Shown: positions 9,319-18,807, counted from the first letter of the stretch. The stretch is 40,047 nucleotides of DNA from Rhodobacterales bacterium (GCA_038225335.1 JBBREW010000001.1:1-40047); one strand, 5' to 3'. A program made the numbers and translations. Notes: generated from the letters alone by a model not told the origin.

Positions 9319-10206
9319 TCAGTTGAAGTTGTAAACGACCGCAACGCCCAGTGTGTTCTGTGCTTCACCGAATGTGCTGTCGGTCGAATCGTCAAAGGCA
9401 GTCGCCAGCGACGTGCGCAGCGACAGGGCGTTGGACAGTGCCACGCTCAGGGCCAGTTCGTTGGTCACGATGGTGGACGAATCCGAATAGATCACATCGG
9501 TGTCGTTGGTGACGTAAGAGGTCTCGCTCAATGAACGGTAGTAGTTCGAAGAGATCGAGGCTGCGGCTTCGTTGTTGCGACCGTCAAGGACGGACTCTGT
9601 GAAACGGTAACCGGGGCCTGCCTGAACGGACCACTGGCTGGTCGCATCGTTGTAGATGCGGTAACCGACGCCTGCACCGACGAAGATGTCAGAGAAGTTT
9701 TCGTTGTCTTGTGCGACATCGTCAAACTGTGCATCCAGCTTGCCGTAACCAAAGAATCGGTCGCCAAAGTCGCGACGGTAATCGGCGCCCATCAGCAGCT
9801 CTTTGGTTTCGATGACGCCGTTGACTTCGGAGTAGTTGTAGGTCGCGGTCACGTCGATGCCGTTCACGCCGTCGAACATGCCGTAACGCAGGCCAACGCC
9901 AACGTCATAGTCCTCGTCGGACTGCGTGCTGACCAGATTGCCGTCAGCGTCGAATGTCTGACGACCGTTGTCGTCATTGGCAGCGGCTGCACGCAGGGCG
10001 ACCGAACCATAGGTGCCGATCACGCGGCCTTCGTTGCCGAAACGGCCCACGTCACGCTCTGCGTCTTCGGCGATCTGCTCCTGCAGGTCATCGAACTGAT
10101 CAGCAGCGGCGCCTTCGTTGGTGAAAGTGGTCGTCTGAGCAGCAGCAGCACCGGCAATGGTTGCGGCGGCAGCGGCGACGACAAAGATGTTCACAGTCTT
10201 GGTCAT
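9319..10206 (-). CDS. DUF481/YdiY-family outer-membrane beta-barrel (salt-induced SspA-like)
   Basis: Signal peptide; alternating beta-strand pattern; GAGVGYRI, WSVQAGPGYR, C-terminal VVYNFN; AAAGGA RBS. Confidence 0.8.
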   Translation of the reverse strand: MTKTVNIFVVAAAAATIAGAAAAQTTTFTNEGAAADQFDDLQEQIAEDAERDVGRFGNEGRVIGTYGSVALRAAAANDDNGRQTFDADGNLVSTQSDEDYDVGVGLRYGMFDGVNGIDVTATYNYSEVNGVIETKELLMGADYRRDFGDRFFGYGKLDAQFDDVAQDNENFSDIFVGAGVGYRIYNDATSQWSVQAGPGYRFTESVLDGRNNEAAASISSNYYRSLSETSYVTNDTDVIYSDSSTIVTNELALSVALSNALSLRTSLATAFDDSTDSTFGEAQNTLGVAVVYNFN

Positions 10207-10454
10207 GGCTAAATCCTTTGCAGTTCACCCGCAGCAGTGCGGGGTCTGGCAGGTAAATGCGCCTGCCCCCTGTAAAGTTCGAGACCCTGTGCTGGTTTTG
10301 GTTTCCCCTAGGGGCGATTGTAATGCTTTTGCGACATGCGCCAAAAGTGGCTTATACTAAATACCTGTAATATAGTCCTATTTCAAAAATCACGCCGCCG
10401 TGTTCAAAATAATCAACACCGCCTCTTGAATGTGATGGAACCTTTTCCGGTCAT

Positions 10455-13226
10455 CTATCGCACGCCTGCACCCTCTGGCTTGTTTGCCCGCACGGCGGCA
10501 AACTTGAATTCCGGGATCTTGCCGAATGGATCAATCGCCGGATTGGTCAGCAGATTTGCAGCCGCTTCAACAAATGCGAAAGGCAGGAACACCATGTCCG
10601 GCGAGACCGCCCGGTCGGCCCGCGCCATCAGGGTGATGCTGCCACGCCGCGTGGTCAAGGTCACGTCACCGCCCGGATCAATCCCCAGCTTGCGCAGGGT
10701 GGAAGGATGCAGCGAACAATTCGCCTCCGGCTCTACCGCGTCCAGCACCGATGCCCGGCGCGTCATCGCCCCGGTGTGCCAATGTTCCAACTGCCGCCCC
10801 GTTGTCAGGATCAGTGGATAATCCGCATCCGGCACCTCGTTCGGGGCGATGACATCAGCGGGGGTGAACTTTGCCCGCCCGGTGTCGCGCGGAAAACCAC
10901 CGGCAAACATGATCGGCTGCCCCGGATCGGTGGGCGACAGGGATGGATAGGTCACCGCCTCTGTCATCAGCCTGTCCCACGTGATGTTGTCCAGTGACGA
11001 CATGGTGCTGGCCATCTCTGCATAGATTTGTCGCGGGTGGTCATAGGTCCAGTCCAGCCCCAGTCGCCGCGCCAGATCGGTCAGGATGACCCAGTCTTCC
11101 CGGGCCTCACCCGGCGGCGGCACGGCAGGGCGGCCCATCTGCACCTGACGGTTGGTATTCGTGACCGTGCCGGTCTTTTCCGCAAAGGCGCTGGCAGGCA
11201 GGATCACATCCGCGAAATTGGCCGTTTCCGTCAGAAAGATGTCCTGCACGACCAGACATTCCAGCTTGGCCAATGCGCCCCGGGCATGGTCAAGGTCAGG
11301 GTCCGACATCGCGGGGTTTTCGCCAAGGATATACATCCCCCGGATTTGCCCGGCGTGGACGGCGTCCAGAATTTCGGTGACGGTCAGGCCTTTTTCAGCA
11401 TTGATCGAACCGCCGCCCCAGATGCCTTCGATCCGGGCGCGCAGCGTGGCATCCGATACCGGCTGATAGTCGGGCAGGAACATCGGGATCAGACCCGCAT
11501 CGGACGCCCCCTGCACATTGTTCTGGCCGCGCAACGGATGAAGCCCCGTCCCCGGCCGCCCGATCTGCCCCGTCATCAGCGCGAGCGAAATCAGACAGCG
11601 GGCGTTGTCGGTGCCGTGGATGTGTTGGCTGACCCCCATGCCCCAGAAGATCATCGCCGACCGCGCACCCGCAAATGTGCGGGCCACATCGCGCAACATA
11701 TCCGCGTCAATGCCGCAGACCGCTGCCATCCGGTCCGGGTCGAAATCGCGCAGATGCGCCTGTTCCGCCTCCCAGCCTTCGGTCTGGGCCGCGATGTAAT
11801 CCGCATCGAACAGCTTTTCGGTGACGATCACGTTGCAGATCGCATTCAGCATGGCGACATCGGTGCCGGGCTTGAACTGCAACATATGGCTTGCGTGGCG
11901 TTTCAGCGCCTGCCCCCGCGGGTCCATGACGATCAGCTTGCCGCCGCGCTTTGCGAACTGCTTGAAATAGGTGGCGGCCACCGGGTGGTTTTCAATCGGA
12001 TTGGCCCCGATGATGATGGCGACATCGGCGTTTTCGATCTCGTTGAACGTCGCCGACACGGCCCCGGAGCCTACATTTTCCATCAGCGCCGCGACAGATG
12101 ACGCATGGCACAGCCGCGTGCAGTGATCGACGTTGTTGTGGCCAAAGCCCTGCCGGATCAGTTTCTGGAACAGATAGGCTTCCTCGTTGGTGCATTTCGC
12201 ACTGCCAAACCCGGCCACCGCAGCACCACCGCGCCGGTCGCGCAACCCGCCAAGGCCCAGCGCCGCCGCGTCCAGCGCCTCTTCCCATGATGCGGGTCGG
12301 AACACGTCCTGCCAGTTGTCAGGATCGACATTCAGCCCTTTTGGCGCACCATCCCGCCGGATCAGCGGCACGGTCAACCGGTGGGGGTGGTGGATGTAAT
12401 CAAACCCGAACCGGCCTTTCACGCACAACCGGTTTTCGTTCGCGGGTCCATCCAGACCTGCGACATACTTGATCCGCCCGTCTTTCACCTTCAGGCTGAT
12501 CTGGCATCCCACACCGCAGAACGGGCAGACGCTGGCAACCGCGCTGTCGATATCCGCCCGGTCGCCGGTCTGGGCGTCGTCAAGCACAGAGGCTTCCATC
12601 AGTGCCCCGGTCGGGCAGGCCTGCACACATTCGCCACAGGCGACGCAGGTGCTGTCGCCCATCGGATCGGCCATGTCGAACACCGGGTAACTGTCATGCC
12701 CCCGGCCCGCCATGCCGATCACATCGTTGACCTGCACCTCGCGGCAGGCGCGCACACACAGATTGCACTGGATACAGGCATCAAGGTTCACGCGCATCGC
12801 CACGTGACTGTCGTCCAGCAGCGGCACATGACGGGCAGGTTTCGCAGGAAAGCGGCTGTCGGTGATCCCGGCCCGATTGGCCTGTGCCCACAGATGGCTG
12901 GACCGGTCATGGGCCAGTGATTGCGGCGGCTGATCCGCCAGCAGCAGTTCCAGCACCATACGACGGGCCTGCACCTCTCTCGGGCGGTCGGTCGTGACAA
13001 CCATGCCGTCCTGCGGTTCGCGCAGACACGACGCGACCAGATTACGCTCGCCTTCGACTGCGACCATGCAGGCGCGACAGTTGCCATCCGGGCGATAGGC
13101 CGCCGCATCCTTGTGGCACAGATGCGGGATCACCAGACCACGGCCATGTGCGACCTCCCAGATCGTCTGACCGGATGCGGCCTGGACGGTCTGGCCGTCC
13201 AGTGTAAACGTGATCGTATCGCCCAT
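10455..13226 (-). CDS. Formate dehydrogenase alpha subunit (Mo/W-bisPGD, Cys-ligated), 923 aa
   Basis: N-terminal 2Fe-2S (IPHLC..GNCRAC..ASC), two CxxCxxCxxxC, CPFCGVGC 4Fe-4S, DHCTRLCHAS active site, LRGQNNVQG, LTTGR; start MGDTITF at 13226. Confidence 0.93.
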   Translation of the reverse strand: MGDTITFTLDGQTVQAASGQTIWEVAHGRGLVIPHLCHKDAAAYRPDGNCRACMVAVEGERNLVASCLREPQDGMVVTTDRPREVQARRMVLELLLADQPPQSLAHDRSSHLWAQANRAGITDSRFPAKPARHVPLLDDSHVAMRVNLDACIQCNLCVRACREVQVNDVIGMAGRGHDSYPVFDMADPMGDSTCVACGECVQACPTGALMEASVLDDAQTGDRADIDSAVASVCPFCGVGCQISLKVKDGRIKYVAGLDGPANENRLCVKGRFGFDYIHHPHRLTVPLIRRDGAPKGLNVDPDNWQDVFRPASWEEALDAAALGLGGLRDRRGGAAVAGFGSAKCTNEEAYLFQKLIRQGFGHNNVDHCTRLCHASSVAALMENVGSGAVSATFNEIENADVAIIIGANPIENHPVAATYFKQFAKRGGKLIVMDPRGQALKRHASHMLQFKPGTDVAMLNAICNVIVTEKLFDADYIAAQTEGWEAEQAHLRDFDPDRMAAVCGIDADMLRDVARTFAGARSAMIFWGMGVSQHIHGTDNARCLISLALMTGQIGRPGTGLHPLRGQNNVQGASDAGLIPMFLPDYQPVSDATLRARIEGIWGGGSINAEKGLTVTEILDAVHAGQIRGMYILGENPAMSDPDLDHARGALAKLECLVVQDIFLTETANFADVILPASAFAEKTGTVTNTNRQVQMGRPAVPPPGEAREDWVILTDLARRLGLDWTYDHPRQIYAEMASTMSSLDNITWDRLMTEAVTYPSLSPTDPGQPIMFAGGFPRDTGRAKFTPADVIAPNEVPDADYPLILTTGRQLEHWHTGAMTRRASVLDAVEPEANCSLHPSTLRKLGIDPGGDVTLTTRRGSITLMARADRAVSPDMVFLPFAFVEAAANLLTNPAIDPFGKIPEFKFAAVRANKPEGAGVR

Positions 13227-13326
13227 CCTGCCGCTGCTCCCCCTTTGGCACAGCACAGACCTAGCGTGTTGATCCGCGTCCGTCACCCGCCTTGGGGGCC
13301 TTGCGGCATCACAATCGGCAAAATCA

Positions 13327-14097
13327 TCAGGTCGGATAGGGCCGCACAAAGGCAAGGGTGTCCCCGTCGGACAAATCCGCGTCGAAACGGTATCCGCCCG
13401 CATCGAAATCCCGCAGGCCTGCGGGGTCCGTCACCCGCTGGGTCACGATGAACCGCGCCATGGCCCCCCGCGCGCGCTTTGCAAAAAACGACACCATGCG
13501 CGGGCGGCCGTCCTTGATTTCCAGGAACTGCGGGGTGATGACCCGCAGGCGCAACGCGGGCGTCGCCACAGCGGCAAAATATTCCTGACTGGCGCAGTTG
13601 ACGACGACCCCGGTGCCCACCGCATCGGCGCGTTGACACAAGGCGCGGGCCAGCCCGTCACCCCAGTAATCATACAGCGTCTTGCCCCGCCGCGTCTGCA
13701 ACCGGCTGCCCATTTCCAGCCGATAAGGCTGAATTCCGTCCAAGGGGCGCAAGATGCCGTAAAGCCCGGACAGGATGCACAGCCTGCCTTGGGCAAAGGC
13801 AATGTCGTCGGCATCCAACGACGCCGCCTGCAAACCGTGATAGGTATCGCCGTCGAACATCCACGCCGCAGGCTTTACCGCGTCTGGCGCCGGATCGGCC
13901 ACAAAATCCCGGAACCGGTCGCGGTTCAGACGCGCCAGATCATCGGAAATATCCATCAGCTTGCGCAACTGACCCAGCGTTTGCCCGCGCATCGTTTTTG
14001 CCAGCCGCACCGCATCGGGCGCAAAGTCCGGCTGGGTCGGCGTCAGGGGAACGGGTGTCAGGTCAAGCGATTTGGCGGGCGACAGGGTGACAAGCAT
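13327..14097 (-). CDS. yaaA: Peroxide-stress DNA-binding protein YaaA (DUF328)
   Basis: LSPAKSL, LSGLYG.LRPLD.IQPYRLEMG, AKRARG; GGAGG RBS before ATG 14097. Confidence 0.92.
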   Translation of the reverse strand: MLVTLSPAKSLDLTPVPLTPTQPDFAPDAVRLAKTMRGQTLGQLRKLMDISDDLARLNRDRFRDFVADPAPDAVKPAAWMFDGDTYHGLQAASLDADDIAFAQGRLCILSGLYGILRPLDGIQPYRLEMGSRLQTRRGKTLYDYWGDGLARALCQRADAVGTGVVVNCASQEYFAAVATPALRLRVITPQFLEIKDGRPRMVSFFAKRARGAMARFIVTQRVTDPAGLRDFDAGGYRFDADLSDGDTLAFVRPYPT

Positions 14098-14210
14098 AGA
14101 ACCTCCGGGCAATTGCGCCCTTGTAACAGCCGCACCGCCGGTTGCCACCCGGCGCGGGTGTCGCAGCCCCGCACACCGCAGGTTTGCATGCAGCCCGGTG
14201 ACGCGGGCGT

Positions 14211-16244
14211 TCAGGTCTCGCTCAGAACCGCCAGAAACGCGTCACCGAACCGCGCCGCATGGCGTTCACCGATGACCCGCGCCACCGCAACGGCGTCGGC
14301 GCTGCGCAATTGTGCGACCTTGGCCAGTTGTGCCGCGGAACACGACATGGGCTTGTCCTGCCCGTCGGGTCCCCGTGACAGATCGGCCTGCACGGACAGC
14401 AGCCGGTCATAGACGGCCCCTTCGTTGCGTCCCGCCAGTTTCATCCGGGCCGGATGCACCGCATCGACCGCCCCGGCGATCACCTCCAGAAATGCACGGC
14501 CATAACTGTCCAGCTTTTTCGCCCCGACGCCACTGATCCGCGCCATGTCGTCCAGCGTGGCGGGCTTGCGTTCCGCCATCTCGATCAGGGTCTTGTCGTT
14601 GAAGATGATATAGGCAGGCCCCCCTGCCGCCTCTGCCAGCGCGCGTCTGCGGGCCTTCAGCGCGGACAGCAAGGGCGCGTCTTCTTCGCTGACCATGGCG
14701 CGCACCGCCGGACTGAACTTGGCATTCTGCACCGTATCGCGCCGCAGGGTGATCGTTGCCTCGCCCCGCAGGATCGGCCGGGCCGCGTCGGTCATCCGCA
14801 GGGCACCGTGCCGGTCCGGGTCAGGGCGGAACAGATCCCGCCCCATCATCTGACGAAAGATCGCCTGCCACTGCCGCTTGTCCCATTCGCGGCCCACCCC
14901 ATAGGTCGGCAGGGCGTCATGACCGCGTTCGCGGATCTTGGCGGTATCGGCCCCCATCACGATGTCGATCAGATGACCCGCGCCGAACCATTCCTCTGTC
15001 CGCAAGGCCGCCGACAGGGCCATCCGCACCGGCGTCGTCGCATCGAACGTCTCTGCCGGTTTATCGCACAGATCGCAGTTGCCGCAGGGGGCCGGGTCTT
15101 CGCCAAAGTAGCGCAGCAAATTCAGGCGGCGGCATGTCAGCGCCTCTGCCAGCCCCAGCAGGGCATTCAGCCGCCCATGGTCCGCCGCGCGCCGGGCGGG
15201 CGGCGCCAGACCCTCGTCGATCTGCGTCCGGCGATAACGGATGTCGTCCGGCCCATACAGGGTCAGCGTTTCCGCCGGTTCACCGTCACGCCCGCTGCGG
15301 CCAATTTCCTGATAATAGCCTTCGATCGACTTCGGCAGATCCGCATGGGCCACCCAGCGGATATCCGGCTTGTCGATCCCCATGCCAAAGGCGACCGTGG
15401 CCGTCACGATCAGACCGTCTTCCTGCTGAAACCGCCGTTCCACATCCCGCCGCGATTCCGCGTCCATGCCGCCGTGATAGAAACAGGCGCTGTGGCCCGC
15501 CTGCCCCAGGGCGGCGCTCAATGTCTCTGTCTTGGCGCGCGTGCCGCAATACACGATCCCCGATTGCCCTTTGCGCGCGGCGGCAAAGTTCAGGATCTGG
15601 GTGCGCGGGTTGTCCTTCACGGCAAAGGCAAGGTGGATATTCGGCCTGTCGAAGCCGCGCAGAAATGTGTCCGGCACCGCCCCGCCGAACAGCTTTTCCA
15701 CAATCTCGACCTGCGTTTCGGCGTCCGCCGTCGCGGTAAAGGCCGCCAGCGGCACATCCAGCATCGCGCGCAATTCGCCGATGCGCAGATAATCGGGCCG
15801 GAAATCGTGGCCCCACTGGCTGACGCAATGGGCCTCGTCCACGGCGATCAAGGTCACATTCGCCTCGCGCAGCATACGCTGGGTGCCAAAGGACGCCAGA
15901 CGCTCGGGTGCCATATACAGCAGTTTCAGCGTGCCGGCGGCAAGCTGGGCCCAGACCGCCTCTGTCTCTTCTTCGGTATTGCCGGATGTCAGCGCCCCGG
16001 CGGCGACACCGGCCTCTTTCAATCCCCGCACCTGATCGCGCATCAGCGCGATCAAGGGTGAAATGACCACCGTCACACCCGGCCTGACCAGCGCCGGTAG
16101 TTGAAAACACAGCGATTTCCCCCCGCCGGTGGGCATGATGGCCAAGGTGTTGCGCCCGGCCACGACCGCATCCACGATGTCTTCCTGACCGGGCCGGAAC
16201 CCGTCGAATCCAAAAACCTCGCGCAGCAGCGTGTCGACCTGCAT
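14211..16244 (-). CDS. recQ: ATP-dependent DNA helicase RecQ
   Basis: MPTGGGKSLCFQ, DEAHCVSQWGHDFRP, YYQEIGRSGRDG, Zn-binding CRR..CGNCDLC, HRDC domain. Confidence 0.97.
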   Translation of the reverse strand: MQVDTLLREVFGFDGFRPGQEDIVDAVVAGRNTLAIMPTGGGKSLCFQLPALVRPGVTVVISPLIALMRDQVRGLKEAGVAAGALTSGNTEEETEAVWAQLAAGTLKLLYMAPERLASFGTQRMLREANVTLIAVDEAHCVSQWGHDFRPDYLRIGELRAMLDVPLAAFTATADAETQVEIVEKLFGGAVPDTFLRGFDRPNIHLAFAVKDNPRTQILNFAAARKGQSGIVYCGTRAKTETLSAALGQAGHSACFYHGGMDAESRRDVERRFQQEDGLIVTATVAFGMGIDKPDIRWVAHADLPKSIEGYYQEIGRSGRDGEPAETLTLYGPDDIRYRRTQIDEGLAPPARRAADHGRLNALLGLAEALTCRRLNLLRYFGEDPAPCGNCDLCDKPAETFDATTPVRMALSAALRTEEWFGAGHLIDIVMGADTAKIRERGHDALPTYGVGREWDKRQWQAIFRQMMGRDLFRPDPDRHGALRMTDAARPILRGEATITLRRDTVQNAKFSPAVRAMVSEEDAPLLSALKARRRALAEAAGGPAYIIFNDKTLIEMAERKPATLDDMARISGVGAKKLDSYGRAFLEVIAGAVDAVHPARMKLAGRNEGAVYDRLLSVQADLSRGPDGQDKPMSCSAAQLAKVAQLRSADAVAVARVIGERHAARFGDAFLAVLSET

Positions 16245-16454
16245 CACTCACCCATCCGTCTTGTCCCTGATCCCTATCACTTTCATGCCGCGAATCAGTA
16301 AACAAGGGTCTGCGGTCACACCCCTGCGTGACGCCCCCCGCTTCGCTTTTTCCCCAAATACTCCCCCCGGAGGGTCCGGCCCCACCTCATCGCCCACCGT
16401 TGCCAAGGCCGGCGCAACGCCTTAACCCCTTGCGCAAAAGGAAAGGTGCCGCAC

Positions 16455-17099
16455 ATGGGTGAAATCACGCTGGTCCGCCACGGGCAGGCCAATTCTGCCG
16501 CCACAACCGAAGAAGAGTATGACCGCCTGTCGGACCTTGGGCATGAACAGGCCGCCTGGCTGGGGGCCTGGATGCGCGAACACGACCGCGACTACGATCT
16601 GGTCGTGTCCGGATCCTTGCGCAGGCAGCGCGAAACGGTCGCGGGGCTGGGGTATGCCGGTGCCATGACCGATCCGCGCCTGAACGAGATCGCCTATTAT
16701 GACCTGACCCATGACATGAAGGCCGTGCATGGCGCGGGTCGGACCGGACCCGATGATTTCGTGACCCATTTCCCCGCCACCCTGACCGCATGGCGCCAAG
16801 GCGAAATCGGCAGCGCGGAAACCTACAACACCTTTCGCACGCGGGTGGCAGAGGTGATGGCCATGGCGGCCCAACCGGGGCGCCGGGTGCTTTGCGTGTC
16901 TTCTGGCGGGATCATCGCGCAGGCCATTTCCGATGTGCTGGGCCTTGATATCCCGCAGATGGCCCGCATTGCGCTGCCGATCATGAACACCTCTGTGCAT
17001 CGCATCCAGATCACCGATCATGGCCCCTTGCTGACCTGCTATAACAGCGCGCCGCATCTGGATACCGCTGCACGCGCGGCGCAGCGCACCGTCTATTGA
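16455..17099 (+). CDS. Histidine phosphatase (phosphoglycerate mutase) family protein
   Basis: LVRHGQA, LS.LG..QA, SG.L.RQ.ET, LNE; start MGEITL at 16455. Confidence 0.85.
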   Translation: MGEITLVRHGQANSAATTEEEYDRLSDLGHEQAAWLGAWMREHDRDYDLVVSGSLRRQRETVAGLGYAGAMTDPRLNEIAYYDLTHDMKAVHGAGRTGPDDFVTHFPATLTAWRQGEIGSAETYNTFRTRVAEVMAMAAQPGRRVLCVSSGGIIAQAISDVLGLDIPQMARIALPIMNTSVHRIQITDHGPLLTCYNSAPHLDTAARAAQRTVY

Positions 17100-17122
17100 A
17101 TCCCGCCCGTGAAAGGCCTGCC

Positions 17123-17740
17123 ATGCTGACACTGCATCACAATCCGATGACTGTCGCCGCCGTCATCGCGATCCTCCTTGAGGATCTGGAACTGGATTAC
17201 ACGCCGGTGCTGGTCGATTTCACGACGCAGGGGCAACAGTCGCCGTCGCACCTTGCCCTGAACCCCAAAGGCCGGGTGCCTGTGCTGGAAACACCCCATG
17301 GCGTGCTGACAGAAACCGGTGCGATCCTTGACTATCTGGCGGCGGCACACGGCCCGCATCTGATCCCGGGTGACCCGTTTCAGGCCGCCCGGATGCGCGA
17401 GGTGATGTATTACCTTGCAGCCACGTTGCACGTGAACTTTGCCCATGCCCTGCGCGGGGCCCGCTGGGCGGACAACGCGGCGTCATGGGCCGACATGTCA
17501 GCCAAGGCCCCACAGACGATGGCCGCGTCGCTGGCCTATCTGGATGCGACGCTGCCGCTGGCGCCATTTGCCATCGGCGGTGATTATTCGCTGGCCGATC
17601 CGTGGCTTTACATACTGACCCGCTTTGCCCTGCGCTTGCAGATCGACCTGACCGCCTATCCGAAACTGTCGGCGCATCAGGCCCTGATGGACGCACGCCC
17701 ATCGGTTCAGGCCGCCCGGACAAAGGGGGTTCTGGCATGA
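17123..17740 (+). CDS. Glutathione S-transferase family protein
   Basis: LNPKGRVPVL, LTETGAIL.YL, YSLAD, RPSV. Confidence 0.9.
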   Translation: MLTLHHNPMTVAAVIAILLEDLELDYTPVLVDFTTQGQQSPSHLALNPKGRVPVLETPHGVLTETGAILDYLAAAHGPHLIPGDPFQAARMREVMYYLAATLHVNFAHALRGARWADNAASWADMSAKAPQTMAASLAYLDATLPLAPFAIGGDYSLADPWLYILTRFALRLQIDLTAYPKLSAHQALMDARPSVQAARTKGVLA

Positions 17741-18777
17741 CACATCTGTGGGTCCGCGCCGAATCCCGTGACCACGAGGCCCGCGTCGGCATCATGCCCG
17801 AAGGCGTCACCGCCCTGATCCGTCAAGGGATGCGCGTCACGGTCGAGGACAGCCGGCAACGCATTGTCCCCATCGACGGCTACCGTGCCGCCGGGGCCAC
17901 GATCGCGCCGGAAGGATCATGGACCGATGCCCCCACGGATGCCCTGATCTTTGGGTTGAAGGAACTGCCCGCCGATGGCACGCCGCTGCGGCATACCCAC
18001 ATCATGTTCGGCCACGCCTTCAAGGGGCAACCGGACGGGCGCATCCTGCTGGACCGCTTTCGCGCCGGGGGCGGTCGCCTGCTGGATCTGGAATATCTTG
18101 TCGATGACGCGGGGCGGCGGGTGGCGGCCTTTGGCTATTGGGCGGGGTATGCGGGGGCCGCAGTCAGCCTGATGGCGTGGATGGCGCAACAGCGCGGGCA
18201 GGTCATGGGCCCGATCCGCGCCGCCGCGTCGCGCGCGCATCTGCTGGCCGACATGCAGGGTGACCTTGTCCGCATCGGCACGGAACGCCCCACGGCGCTG
18301 ATCATTGGCGCGCTGGGCCGCGTCGGCACCGGGGCTGCCGATCTGTGCCGTGACATGGGGGTGGCCACGTCCCTGTGGGACATGGCGGAAACCGCATCGG
18401 GCGGCCCCTTCCCGCAGGTTCTGACCCACACGCTGTTCCTGAACTGCATTCTGGCCCGGCCGGGAACCCCCGTGTTCGTGCCTGCCAGCGCCAAGGTGGC
18501 GGACCGCACGCTGTCCGTCATCGGGGACATCGCCTGCGACCCCGACAGCGATTTTTCCCCGATCAAGGTCTATGACCGTGTCACCACATGGGACGCGCCT
18601 GCCTTGCGGGTGCACGACCAGCCCGTGCTGGATGTCACCGCCATCGACAACCTGCCCTCTTTGATGCCGCTGGAATCGTCGCAGGATTTCGCGGACCAAC
18701 TGCTGCCGCATCTGGCAACGCCTTCCTCGGACGTCTGGGCGCGCGCCGGATCCTTGTTCGCGCGCGCGGTTGCCTGA
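17737..18777 (+). CDS. Saccharopine dehydrogenase, NAD+, L-lysine-forming (fungal Lys1-type)
   Basis: LWVRAE, GSW..AP, GLKELP, FGHAFKGQ, DLEYL..GRRVAAFG.WAG.AG, IGALGR, IDNLPSLMP; ATGA overlap with GST. Confidence 0.88.
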   Translation: MTHLWVRAESRDHEARVGIMPEGVTALIRQGMRVTVEDSRQRIVPIDGYRAAGATIAPEGSWTDAPTDALIFGLKELPADGTPLRHTHIMFGHAFKGQPDGRILLDRFRAGGGRLLDLEYLVDDAGRRVAAFGYWAGYAGAAVSLMAWMAQQRGQVMGPIRAAASRAHLLADMQGDLVRIGTERPTALIIGALGRVGTGAADLCRDMGVATSLWDMAETASGGPFPQVLTHTLFLNCILARPGTPVFVPASAKVADRTLSVIGDIACDPDSDFSPIKVYDRVTTWDAPALRVHDQPVLDVTAIDNLPSLMPLESSQDFADQLLPHLATPSSDVWARAGSLFARAVA

Positions 18778-18807
18778 CGCGCGCGGCTACCTTACGCGCG
18801 GCGTGCG

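Noticed and set aside
10290-10450. AT-rich patch as possible foreign DNA or an insertion scar
   Set aside because: Short and intergenic, with no terminal repeats or mobility genes; consistent with the promoter region of the OMP gene.
13227-13326. Possible Moco/Wco riboswitch upstream of the FDH gene
   Set aside because: Only 100 bp with one tiny GCC-GCAA-GGC hairpin; I could not build the multi-stem architecture.
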